From a virus, in IMG/VR virus record IMGVR_UViG_3300032738_000111, positions 14,241-78,240 of that record: a stretch of DNA of 64,000 nt, one strand, 5' to 3'. A program made the translations under genes and the position numbers. The notes beneath the pieces are model-generated. The model ran no database searches and was not told the DNA's origin. It saw nothing but the letters and a program-made list of their open reading frames with translations. Each line of letters opens with the position of its first letter. The stretch's first letter is position 1. This document shows, in pieces, positions 1 through 8,621 of the stretch.

Positions 1-82
1 ACGTGTATTGCTTCAGTGTGCAGACCTTGAATTGTTGGGATAGCATCTCAATCACCTGTTCGCCTATTGCGTATACTCGTTC

Positions 83-421
83 CTATTCCGCGAACGGTTC
101 GCGCAGGGTAAATAGGCGGCGCAGGCTGATAGGCTTGCCCTTGTAATCGCCGTCTATGTTCAACCGCGTGTCCGCCTCGCTGTGATAATACCAGAAGCGC
201 CTACCTACTCGCGCTGCAAGGAATAGGTAGCGGTGTAGCCCCCACCGAAAGTCGCCCGATAGTCCATACCGCACCCGCAAACAGGTCAACATAAATGGGC
301 CTACGTTGACACTGAAGTTGGGCCAAGGACGCTCAATGATGAACGGTATGGTCATAGTTGTTGTTGCCGCCTGCGCACTATTGCCTATTGACGTCGGCCC
401 GCCCCACATATCAAACCCCAT
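83..421 (-). CDS. Hypothetical protein
   Basis: Fits the coupled operon. Start moved to the ATG at 421, which overlaps the upstream gene's end. Confidence 0.5.
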   Translation of the reverse strand: MGFDMWGGPTSIGNSAQAATTTMTIPFIIERPWPNFSVNVGPFMLTCLRVRYGLSGDFRWGLHRYLFLAARVGRRFWYYHSEADTRLNIDGDYKGKPISLRRLFTLREPFAE

Positions 422-608
422 TCCCTTCCCGCTCGGCCAGCCCCCGCTGATACCCTTTCTCCTCAGCCTGCTCCATGCACTTCTGGCATACATCAACTCG
501 AAAGGAAGGCAGCGCATTCTCGTCCCCACGGGTAGAGGTTGTTTGATTGCACAACCCTGCCCCACAAGTATTGCACCAGACATCAACTACAACCGACAGG
601 TCGGGCAT
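411..608 (-). CDS. Small Cys-rich (CxxC...CxxC) protein, paralogue of 628-888
   Basis: WCNTCGAGLCNQT...VCQKC; GAGGAGG Shine-Dalgarno upstream. Confidence 0.7.
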   Translation of the reverse strand: MPDLSVVVDVWCNTCGAGLCNQTTSTRGDENALPSFRVDVCQKCMEQAEEKGYQRGLAEREGNGV

Positions 609-627
609 CGTAGCGTGGCCTCCTCGC

Positions 628-888
628 TCAAGCCTGCAACATTTCCCTCAGTATCGCCTTCTCGTCCTCGTGCATGTTTGCCAGGGCCTCGCCGAGCTTC
701 CCGACAGCAGACGCCGCTCCCCGCCTGTAGCCTGCTTCGTCAGCCCGCGCCAGGCAGTGCTTGCATGTGTTGACGCGGATGGCGGGTATCTGTCTCTCGT
801 CCCCAGGCGTACATACCGTCTGATTGCACAGGCCCGCGTTGCAGACATTACAGCAGACATTGATTTCGGTCGCCACTGTTGCTGGCAT
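628..888 (-). CDS. Small Cys-rich (CxxC...CxxC) protein, paralogue of 411-608
   Basis: CCNVCNAGLCNQT...TCKHC. Confidence 0.7.
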   Translation of the reverse strand: MPATVATEINVCCNVCNAGLCNQTVCTPGDERQIPAIRVNTCKHCLARADEAGYRRGAASAVGKLGEALANMHEDEKAILREMLQA

Positions 889-1267
889 GGTTGGCCCCTC
901 TATTCTTGGTTCCGCCCGTTGACTTCTTTACTAGGGGCCTCCCGCTCCGGCGCTCGAGGTGCCTGTCGGCAAGTTGCTCGAGAAGGTGTATTGCGCCGAC
1001 TAGCTTCCTACCGCGCGGTAAACCAACGTATATATTCTCGTTAGTAAGTATCGTACGCAATTTGTTTGCCGCGAATCGCAATAGCCTTACCTCGGTAGCC
1101 TTCTGCCCAGCGAGCCGATGGCCCTCCGCAACAGTCTTGGGTTGCAGCCTGGCCTGGCCGGAGAGCTGCGCGCTAATGTAGTTCCGGGTAACATGCAGGA
1201 CCTCGGCGATTGAGTTCACGCTGACGCCGCTCGCCTCGAGAAATTCCTTGAATTCTGTGTTAGTCAT
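848..1267 (-). CDS. XRE-like helix-turn-helix protein
   Basis: N-terminal FKEFLEASGVSVNSIAEVLHVTRNYISAQLSG pattern; likely start MTNTEF. Confidence 0.6.
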   Translation of the reverse strand: MTNTEFKEFLEASGVSVNSIAEVLHVTRNYISAQLSGQARLQPKTVAEGHRLAGQKATEVRLLRFAANKLRTILTNENIYVGLPRGRKLVGAIHLLEQLADRHLERRSGRPLVKKSTGGTKNRGANHASNSGDRNQCLL

Positions 1268-1287
1268 TTCGCCCCAGACCCCTGTGC

Positions 1288-3387
1288 CTACACTACCGGC
1301 AATAATACACAACGACAGTTGATAATGTTCCCCGCGCTACCTTTCGGGTCGCCGGGATGGTCGAGTGCCTGCCCTGATACTATGAACGGCTTGTCTATCA
1401 ATACCGCCTGCCCATTAGCAGCAACGTGGTTATACCTATCTCCCGGCTTGAGTCCGCGCACCTTCTCATCAAGCGCGGTCAGCCACTCCTTCTTCTCTAT
1501 GTCGTTCTGCCGATAGCCCTCGAGCGCACCCTTGTTGTTCGCCCCGACCGTCTCAGTCCGTGCTACCCGCTCGGCCTTATAGCGTTCGTACCCAGGCTCC
1601 ATGTCGCGAATGCGGCTTGCCATTTCCGGTACGCCGACGCCTTCGTTGACCGCCTCCTGCAGCACCACGCGCAGGTCAGTGAACATAGTCTCTGGTAGCG
1701 TGGTAATCTTTAGCCGCTTCTCCCCAAGCCACTGCATTACCTCGGGTCTGCCTATGTCCCAAGCCCCGCCGCCGATGTCGGCCAAGGCACGCTGCCCACC
1801 TAGCTCCAGCCCCTCTTCAACGTGCGGCATGATCCCCGCTACCCAGCGCTCGGCCTGCTCATCGGTGAATATCTCGCGCAGGATACTGTCCGGCGTCGGC
1901 ACCGTAGCCTTGAGGTGCTTGTCGTCCTCCTCGGCAAGCGCGGCCAGTACTTCGTCCAGTGCCTCGATATAGAGCGCGGCCATCGTCTTGTGGAAGCGTT
2001 CCTCTAGCAGGCGCAGGCTATTGTCAAAAGCCCTCCAGTATTCGACATGCTGCGCGCTACCAAACTCCCCGAACCTGCCCTTGTTCTCCGGCGGCGATTG
2101 CTTGATATGCCAGGGGGTTGCGGCAGCCTTAGGCGGTGTCGGCTCCTGCTGCGTTGCCTCCGGTTGCGGCACCGCACCTAGCGGCACCATGTTCATCGGC
2201 TGCCACAGCTTCTCGGCGTCGCCACCAAACGGTTCGCGGCCCGTCTCGGCACGGGCTTCATCGGGGGTCAGATAAGGCACCCCTACCGCTGGCTGCAACC
2301 GTTCCGCCTGCTCATTCCTGCCCTCCTGCAAAGCCTCCACGTCAGAGAAGTCGGGCCTCAGCTCAAGGTCATTGCCATAACGCGGCACCAACTTCTCATT
2401 CAGCCTGCCGAAGGTGTACTTGACCTCAGGCACAATACAGGACTTCCAGTAAATCTCTTCTTCCTCGTCAGCGCTGGCATAGCTGGCGTTATCAAGGATA
2501 CCAACGCGGATAGGCGGCACATGGAAGGCGGCGATGATTTCCTCGCGCGTCATCTTGGCTAGCTCGATGTACTGCCCGTCACGGGAGTTCTTGCCTAGCT
2601 CCTGGTATTTGAGATTCTTGCCAGCGATAAACGTCTTGCCCGCCGCTGCATCGCCGCCATAAGTGGACTCCCACGCCGCCCGCATTTGCTCCAGCAGCTC
2701 TGGCTTTACCTCCCCTTCCGCTGAGAGCATCCCCGACGGGACTGCGCCGCGCTTGAGGAACTCATAATTGAACTTGCGCACCCTGTTGTCCAGGTTGATG
2801 GACGTTTCAATGGGCTGCACTGCGGACTGCCCGTACAGGTCATTGAGGGGATTCCAGCGGCGGAAGTGGATTACCTGATGCGGGTCGTAAGGTATTTCGT
2901 TCCGCTTGTCGCCAGGCGTTGGGTTATAGACGTACCTCTGGATGGCTTCCTTAGTCGCGACAATCCTCACGCGGTCAGGTCGCAGTGGGAAGATGGCGTC
3001 AACCCTGCTGCTTGGTGTAGCGCCGCCTACCAATAGCCAGTAGGAATCGCCAGCCAACCTGCGATAGCCGACCGTCGCCCACATCAATCCCGCCCAGTCA
3101 TCATCTGCGTTGACGCGGGCAAGCAGGTCAAGCAGCGGGTGTTCCTCTACCGGCTCGCCCTTCCTGAAGAGGCCATACGGTACCGCCGCGCAGTCATTGC
3201 AGATGGCTTCGATGCAAGCAGCTACCCAGACATTGAGCTGGTAGGCCTGAAGGTAATTCTCTTGGTCTATGGCGGGGCCAGAGTCAGTGATTTTCCAGAG
3301 GCTGGCGGCGATAAAATCGGATAGGCTATCAGCAGCCTTAGCGGTGCCACCGAGGAATCGGCGCAGCCAGAACCAGTCGCGGGCCAT
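1288..3387 (-). CDS. HK97-family portal protein fused to a C-terminal MuF/SPP1-gp7 minor head domain
   Basis: Portal motifs (LRPDRV, VIHFRRWNP..DLYGQS, IIAAFHVPP, LTPDEAR) followed by MuF motifs (ERVARTET, KKEWLTALD, HPGDP..GNIINCRC). Confidence 0.93.
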   Translation of the reverse strand: MARDWFWLRRFLGGTAKAADSLSDFIAASLWKITDSGPAIDQENYLQAYQLNVWVAACIEAICNDCAAVPYGLFRKGEPVEEHPLLDLLARVNADDDWAGLMWATVGYRRLAGDSYWLLVGGATPSSRVDAIFPLRPDRVRIVATKEAIQRYVYNPTPGDKRNEIPYDPHQVIHFRRWNPLNDLYGQSAVQPIETSINLDNRVRKFNYEFLKRGAVPSGMLSAEGEVKPELLEQMRAAWESTYGGDAAAGKTFIAGKNLKYQELGKNSRDGQYIELAKMTREEIIAAFHVPPIRVGILDNASYASADEEEEIYWKSCIVPEVKYTFGRLNEKLVPRYGNDLELRPDFSDVEALQEGRNEQAERLQPAVGVPYLTPDEARAETGREPFGGDAEKLWQPMNMVPLGAVPQPEATQQEPTPPKAAATPWHIKQSPPENKGRFGEFGSAQHVEYWRAFDNSLRLLEERFHKTMAALYIEALDEVLAALAEEDDKHLKATVPTPDSILREIFTDEQAERWVAGIMPHVEEGLELGGQRALADIGGGAWDIGRPEVMQWLGEKRLKITTLPETMFTDLRVVLQEAVNEGVGVPEMASRIRDMEPGYERYKAERVARTETVGANNKGALEGYRQNDIEKKEWLTALDEKVRGLKPGDRYNHVAANGQAVLIDKPFIVSGQALDHPGDPKGSAGNIINCRCVLLPVV

Positions 3388-3396
3388 AGGGTAACC

Positions 3397-4749
3397 TCAG
3401 ATTACGTCAAACCAAAGCTCAGTGAACTCGCCCTGTGCCAACTGTGCGAATGCGCCTGACATGGCATCCACCTGGTCGTCATGCGCGCCGAATGGAAATA
3501 GCGCCACCTCGTCAAGGAAGTCACTTATCCACGGCCCGCTCACCAGCTTGACATTGCCATGCCACGCCTGGCTAGACACGGGATTGGCACGGACCTCTTT
3601 GCTACCAGTGCTGCGGACGCCGCAAAAGTTATACCCGTCGAGGATACGGCGGGTGTAGTGGTCTATCGTATTGACGCCACTACTGCCAGGCTCTTGCTCC
3701 ATCGCAATTTCTACATCAACCCCATCGCGCTCAGCGGTCTGGCGGATAAGCGCTTCGACTTTGCCCGGCGCTGCTTGAGTACGTTTTACATCACAGATGT
3801 AGTAAGTCGCAGCATCGGTACGGTCTAGGTGACGCCCCATGAGTACGCCAGCAGTATAGTCAGGGTCCTTGCCGGGCTTGGGCTCCGTTGCCGCCAAGTC
3901 CCAGAAGCGTACTCGACGCATTTCCACAGGCGCGACATCCACTGGCGCAAACCAATCGCGCTGAAACTTGTTTCCTGTCGCCTCAATATCCCAGTCGCCC
4001 TTCTTCAACTGCTCGCGGGTAACAGGGTCAAGTTCGTCCAGCGCCTTGTTATACTCCTCAACATCAAGGTGGGGGTTGTCCTCAAGGCAGGCTGGTATGA
4101 ATACGCGCTCTTGGCTACGCCCCTCGACAATGAACCGTTGTTTTACCCATTGATGTCCTTGGTCGCCTGGGTTGCTTGCTGAGCGCATACGCAACGGTAC
4201 TGCTGCGCCCTCAAGTCTCCGCAGGCGAGAGAATAGGTAGCGATATTGGCTCTCACTAAACTGCGTCAATTCGTCGAAAGCAATATACTGGAAGGCCGCT
4301 GACTGATACCGAAACTTGTCCTTCTCGGCATCCAAGTAAGCAAAGCTCAAAGTAGCCCCCGAGGGGAATATCCAGGTCTTAGCCTTGTCGCTCCAGCGTG
4401 CGTCGGTTGGCCCCAGCCACTCCTGCGCCCTGTCCATCAGGGCCTCAGGCAGTATCAGGTCAGTATAGGTGCGCCGAAAGATGATGGCGGCATAGCTTGG
4501 AATATCAACGTACTGCAATGCGGCCATGAGTAAGGCGTCAGACTTGCCACCGCCTGCCGCGCCGCCGTAGAAAGCCTCGCGGCAAGTTAGCCAGAGGAAT
4601 GCTTGCTGCTTAGGTGTCGGGGTGTGCGGGCAGTACTCACTCAGCCGCGGCGTCAGGTGCGCCTTCAGCTCCGGCCTCGACTGCACCAGATTCGACCAGT
4701 ATTCGGAGGACTTCTCCAAGGTGTCCACTGCTTGTGTCGATGTTGCCAC
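3397..4749 (-). CDS. terL: Terminase large subunit
   Basis: Walker A GGAAGGGKS, Walker B IAFDE, coupling motif ASNPG, nuclease WDLA and HDDQVDA. Confidence 0.95.
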   Translation of the reverse strand: MATSTQAVDTLEKSSEYWSNLVQSRPELKAHLTPRLSEYCPHTPTPKQQAFLWLTCREAFYGGAAGGGKSDALLMAALQYVDIPSYAAIIFRRTYTDLILPEALMDRAQEWLGPTDARWSDKAKTWIFPSGATLSFAYLDAEKDKFRYQSAAFQYIAFDELTQFSESQYRYLFSRLRRLEGAAVPLRMRSASNPGDQGHQWVKQRFIVEGRSQERVFIPACLEDNPHLDVEEYNKALDELDPVTREQLKKGDWDIEATGNKFQRDWFAPVDVAPVEMRRVRFWDLAATEPKPGKDPDYTAGVLMGRHLDRTDAATYYICDVKRTQAAPGKVEALIRQTAERDGVDVEIAMEQEPGSSGVNTIDHYTRRILDGYNFCGVRSTGSKEVRANPVSSQAWHGNVKLVSGPWISDFLDEVALFPFGAHDDQVDAMSGAFAQLAQGEFTELWFDVI

Positions 4750-5125
4750 TGTGATTCACATCCTGCTTGCTCTTCTCCGTGCTGATGTCAAACATGCCTG
4801 CTATCGCCTTGAGGCCCTCCTGCACCTTGCCGAGTGCGCCCACCTTGGCGTTGTCATTGTCCGCGCCAGCATAGATAGCCCACGCCGCTGAGATTGTTTC
4901 CTGATAGCCACTCAGGATCTCCGCGATTTCGTCGCCAGTCTCAATGCGCTCTTTGGTCTGCTCCCGTTGATGGTCAATGTACTTCTTCGTGGTCTTCCGA
5001 TGGACGCCAATGGTGCGGGAGATTTCGCTGACATTACGGACACCTCGGCACCATAATTGCCACGCCTGCTTGCGAAGGCGGTCGCGCTCTTCGTCTGTCG
5101 GATTGTAGGTCTCTGGTTTACCCAT
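4637..5125 (-). CDS. terS: Terminase small subunit (HTH)
   Basis: N-terminal HTH (NVSEISRTIGVHRKTTKKY); directly upstream of and overlapping terL. Confidence 0.7.
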   Translation of the reverse strand: MGKPETYNPTDEERDRLRKQAWQLWCRGVRNVSEISRTIGVHRKTTKKYIDHQREQTKERIETGDEIAEILSGYQETISAAWAIYAGADNDNAKVGALGKVQEGLKAIAGMFDISTEKSKQDVNHSGNIDTSSGHLGEVLRILVESGAVEAGAEGAPDAAAE

Positions 5126-5214
5126 GATTGGCTACTGCCAATTCTCACTTTCCCTGCTTCTACTTCTGCTTCTCCGGCTTGTCATATGGGAACGGTTCGC
5201 CCGTGGCGTCTATG

Positions 5215-5757
5215 TCAGTCGCGCCACTCATATTCGCACTGAGGGCATTTGTGGAGGCCTGAAACCTGTTCGCCTGCGGTTGCTTGTGTATCCGCGTCGT
5301 CTGATGGGAACGGCCCCGGTGTGGCTGCCTGTTCAAGCAGCGCGTTTAGCTCGGCCTCGTCGAAGCTGACTGGCAGGCACTCATCCTCCTGCAACTTCAC
5401 AAGTAGACCCGCAAGGACAGCATCATCATCCTCTGCGAAGTTGCTCAGGTTGTTATCATCAATCAGATACGCGGCGGCCTCAATATCCGAGCAATCCCAC
5501 ACGTCGCAGCGAACCGTCTCCCAACCTATGCGTTGCGCAGACTGGACTACCGCGTGGTGTGCGATAATCCGCATGGTGCTGGCCTGCACGACCACTGCGG
5601 AGCGTTGCCCATAGCGCAGGAGACTTTCGTCAAGCCGGAGGAGTTGGGATTCGGGATGATTGCGATAGTTCTGCGGCCACGGTTTCAAGTCTGCTATCGC
5701 TACATCGCGAATCTCACCCCGTGGCTTATGCTTGTCAAAGGTCAGTTTCTTCGCCAT
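5215..5757 (-). CDS. ParB/Srx N-terminal domain protein with C-terminal CPxC ribbon
   Basis: DLKPWPQNYRNH...SLLRYG..., AYLIDDN, CPQCEYEW; typical gene upstream of terminase. Confidence 0.8.
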   Translation of the reverse strand: MAKKLTFDKHKPRGEIRDVAIADLKPWPQNYRNHPESQLLRLDESLLRYGQRSAVVVQASTMRIIAHHAVVQSAQRIGWETVRCDVWDCSDIEAAAYLIDDNNLSNFAEDDDAVLAGLLVKLQEDECLPVSFDEAELNALLEQAATPGPFPSDDADTQATAGEQVSGLHKCPQCEYEWRD

Positions 5758-5968
5758 TGAACATTCTCTCGTTGCCAATCAAGCTGTCAGCCCGGCGGGC
5801 GACCCCATCAAGCTCCCCGGAACCTCTTACGGGTGTCCTCCGTGTCTAGGCTGGTGTTGTTCGTTCGCAGGAGCACCGGGCTGAGTTTTGTTCGTTATCA
5901 TTGTCCGCGTTTTTCCCACCGGACAGTCATCGCCGCTCACCGTCAAGGACTATTACGGGTGGATAGTC

Positions 5969-6049
5969 GGGTGCGTTGGGCAGGGCTTTTACCTTGCACC
6001 CTATGCGGTGCTACTTCACCGTTTCCTAGCCCTGAAAGGTACGGTGAGG
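5969..6049 (-). ncRNA. Candidate structured RNA: two stem-loops with complementary loops
   Basis: Stems CCUCACCGU/ACGGUGAAG and GGGUGC/GCACCC; loop segments CAGGGCU and AGCCCUG are exact complements. Confidence 0.4.
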
Positions 6050-6051
6050 AA

Positions 6052-6122
6052 TGGTCGCCGCTAATGGGCAATGATACTGCCGGAGCAGCCATCGCCACGC
6101 GGGTGAACCCGATTCGGCGGCG
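6052..6122 (-). ncRNA. tRNA-sized, CCA-terminated tRNA-like RNA with non-canonical arms
   Basis: 5' CGCCGC pairs with 3' GCGGCG, followed by ACCA; lies 18 nt downstream of the canonical tRNA. Confidence 0.4.
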
Positions 6123-6140
6123 GCAATATGTTGCTTTGCA

Positions 6141-6215
6141 TGGTGAGGGCAATTGGATTTGAACCAATGACCGGCCGCTTATGAGGCGGCTGCTCTTCCG
6201 CTAAGCTATGCCCTC
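6141..6215 (-). tRNA. tRNA with CAU anticodon (Ile2-like, or elongator Met)
   Basis: Full cloverleaf GAGGGCA-UAGCUUAGCGGAAGAGC-A-GCCGC-CUCAUAA-GCGGC-CGGUC-AUUGG-UUCAAAU-CCAAU-UGCCCUC-ACCA. Position 1 pairs with 72, so it is not an initiator tRNA. Confidence 0.93.
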
Positions 6216-6226
6216 GTATGGATGAT

Positions 6227-6280
6227 TGGTCTGGGCGGTATGTTCCTAAGACATACGCTCATCTATTGAGCTACGCCCAG
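6227..6280 (-). ncRNA. T-armless tRNA-Leu(UAG)-like RNA
   Basis: 7-bp acceptor stem CUGGGCG/CGCCCAG plus ACCA, U8-A9, D arm GCUC/GAGC, anticodon arm UAUGU-CUUAGGA-ACAUA; no variable or T arm. Confidence 0.65.
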
Positions 6281-6439
6281 ACCATGAATGCGCAGAAGGC
6301 CCGGCGCAAGCCAGACCCTCGCTTTCCCTTAGCCGAAGCACCGGGGTAGTTATTGCACGTCTGCGTTCGCCGCCCTGGATTGGTTACCTGGACGGGGAAC
6401 GATCTCCTCCTACGCATGGCAGGGGAGGCAATGGAAATG

Positions 6440-6490
6440 ATTCTCCTCAAAACACATAGTTTTCTAGTGTGTTGTGAGGAGAATTGTCAA
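6440..6490 (-). promoter_or_regulatory. Candidate promoter (TTGACA) embedded in a long inverted repeat, upstream of the tRNA and packaging genes
   Basis: TTGACA at 6490-6485 with a weak -10 (TAGAAA) 18 bp downstream; inverted repeat ATTCTCCTCA...TGAGGAGAAT (6440-6484). Confidence 0.5.
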
Positions 6491-6567
6491 TCGGGGTGCG
6501 AGGCGGTGGGAGCAAGACCAACGTGGTTGCCTGTCCGGCAGCGTCTGTCCCGAAGGCAGCGCAGCCC

Positions 6568-6837
6568 CTAATTCTCTGCAAGTAACGGCTGGTGGCGTTG
6601 GCGGGCCTCTCGGCGTAACCAATCCCGCATTTCGTTCCGGGCGATAACTCGGCAAAGAGCAAGCGGCTTCCGCGCCCGTGCTATCTGTTCACTCCTAGCA
6701 AACACTTTCACCCGCGCCTCCTGGAGCAAGTCCTCCAAGTCCTCGGGCTGATACTCTTCGGCAATAGCGCGGCAGGCCTCTTCGGCGATGACTTTCTCAT
6801 ATTCCACTGGCAATTCCTTCCGCGCTTTCTCCTTCAT
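6568..6837 (-). CDS. Stand-alone ECF-type sigma factor region 2 domain
   Basis: DLEDLLQEARVKVF...CRVIARNEMRDWLRR matches the ECF sigma2 pattern DAEDxxQE...IARNxxxDxxR. Confidence 0.7.
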   Translation of the reverse strand: MKEKARKELPVEYEKVIAEEACRAIAEEYQPEDLEDLLQEARVKVFARSEQIARARKPLALCRVIARNEMRDWLRREARQRHQPLLAEN

Positions 6838-7258
6838 CCGAAAGGATGACGAGCGCAGAGGCCATCTTTATGCACGCGCGGGATAAAATTCTGGAAATGG
6901 TTGACTGGTTCACCCGCAACATTCTCCCCACCTGCTCCTGGATAACCTTCTCACGATAGCACAGAAGGATAACTATCTGCCACTTTGTGGGTAGTGCGCC
7001 AATGGCTTTGTCGAGGTCAGCTTTGATACAAACCAATTCTACATAGGCCGCCTCTCCGCTTACGCCACCGCTAGATAAACCGCTATCATCAGATACGTCG
7101 AGCGTGCAGCCTAGATAACATGCCTCGGCGAGTTCTGAGTACCGATGCAACCAACCACGCACCCTTCGCTCCGCACAAGCCTGAGGGTCAAACAGGTCTC
7201 TCATCGGAAACGGGCGGCTCCAGTAGTCGTCGGAAGTTTCCACGGTGTCTCCCGTCAC
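6797..7258 (-). CDS. Sigma70 region 4 domain protein
   Basis: DLDKAIGALPTKWQIVILLCY..QEQVGRMLRVNQSTISRILSRA matches the sigma4 HTH. Confidence 0.85.
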   Translation of the reverse strand: MTGDTVETSDDYWSRPFPMRDLFDPQACAERRVRGWLHRYSELAEACYLGCTLDVSDDSGLSSGGVSGEAAYVELVCIKADLDKAIGALPTKWQIVILLCYREKVIQEQVGRMLRVNQSTISRILSRACIKMASALVILSDEGESAEGIASGI

Positions 7259-7397
7259 CCAACCAGAAATGTCTCAGCCAACCAGTAGCCAAGCACGAAG
7301 CAGGCATAGAGCAAGCAGCCGAATGTCACCGCCGCGAAGAAGAGCTTGGTGCTTATCAGGATGCAACTCCAGAGGAAGCTGCCGACGGTGCGGAGGG

Positions 7398-7664
7398 TCA
7401 TGGATACTCGTCACTCTCGCTGACACGATTCAGCTCCTCCGTTATCGCCACCATGTCCGTCATCATCCAGTCGATACGGTCCTTGGCTAAGGCATTGGCA
7501 AGCTTGCCCATGTCGCGCAGGTTGTCCGCTTCGAGTATTCTGCTGATGCGCTTCCGGCTCATGTTGAGTAAATCAGCATAGGCAATTATCACCTTCATGC
7601 CCTCCTGCATCTCCCTAAACTTGCCCAACACATCATCCATTTCCTCGTCTGGCATCTCCATCAC
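7398..7664 (-). CDS. Hypothetical protein
   Basis: GGAGGA Shine-Dalgarno; part of the coupled operon. Confidence 0.55.
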   Translation of the reverse strand: MMEMPDEEMDDVLGKFREMQEGMKVIIAYADLLNMSRKRISRILEADNLRDMGKLANALAKDRIDWMMTDMVAITEELNRVSESDEYP

Positions 7665-7745
7665 TCCTCCTGTTTAGCCTCAGCCGCCGCCGGTTTACCG
7701 TGTAGCGATAACCGTTCTCCGCGATCACGAGGGCATTGCTTCCCT

Positions 7746-8195
7746 TCACGGTATAAACTGGCTGGCTGTTTGCAGGAACTCGCGCATGGCGTGATATTCG
7801 GGGGCCAGCAACAGCCCCATGTGACTACCGGAAAGACCAGCACCAAACATAGCGCACAGGAATGCCAGAATTCCGAATATACATGGAAGCCCACCATCAT
7901 CGTGCAGTGTGCGAATACACAAGACGGTCAAACAAACCCCCAGCATGATGAGAAGCAAACCCGCACCCACCCCCACCTTCCCATACAACTTGTTCTTCGC
8001 CACCAACACATCGTAGTAATCTTTCGCAGGCCCACTCAGCTTCTTCTCAAGCAAGTCGGCCAGCCCCTCGACGCCTTCCGTCAACTCCTGTGCATCAAGC
8101 GCAACCTCGTACCGCTTCGTCTCTTTGGCCTCGTCCTCCGCCATAGCCATGATCGTCAGTGCTGCCAAAGCTACGACCATCAATGCTCTCATCAT
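7746..8195 (-). CDS. Membrane protein (signal peptide plus two TM segments)
   Basis: Hydrophobic N-terminus and two TM-like stretches; AGGAG upstream of ATG 8195. Confidence 0.6.
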   Translation of the reverse strand: MMRALMVVALAALTIMAMAEDEAKETKRYEVALDAQELTEGVEGLADLLEKKLSGPAKDYYDVLVAKNKLYGKVGVGAGLLLIMLGVCLTVLCIRTLHDDGGLPCIFGILAFLCAMFGAGLSGSHMGLLLAPEYHAMREFLQTASQFIP

Positions 8196-8621
8196 CAGTC
8201 TCCTTTTCGCTGTGTACTGGCAACTATTCTCGCGCAGTTCCGGTTGCGTCCACTTGTCTCCGAGGTAGGTATAGCGGGTCATGTACAAAACCTCTTCACT
8301 TGTGCGTAACTACCTAGCTTTCTGCCGGTACCAGTTATTCAGGATTAGTGAATAGGTGAGCGTAAGCTCATTCGCCCCGCTCCTCCGCATCCCATTCGCC
8401 AGCAGCCGCCATGATTCTGTGAGCGTTGTCGTGTGCCTTATGCAGGATTCGCGCGCACTTGGCGCACAATGGTTTGCCCAAAGCCGCCGCTTCTTCTATG
8501 GAACATGCTGCTACACGAAGCAGGCTCGTGTCACAAAGTGTTACGAGATAGCTGTCGTCAAAGCTGTCGGCATGAAAGACCCTTTTATTCGGGTCGTACA
8601 GCGCGCGCAGTTCTTTCATCA

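Noticed and set aside
6227-6284. Plus-strand reading of the mini-tRNA as an amber suppressor (CUA in the loop)
   Set aside because: The loop lacks U33 on that strand, the tRNA hallmarks (U8-A9, D arm) fit only the minus strand, and all transcription here is minus.
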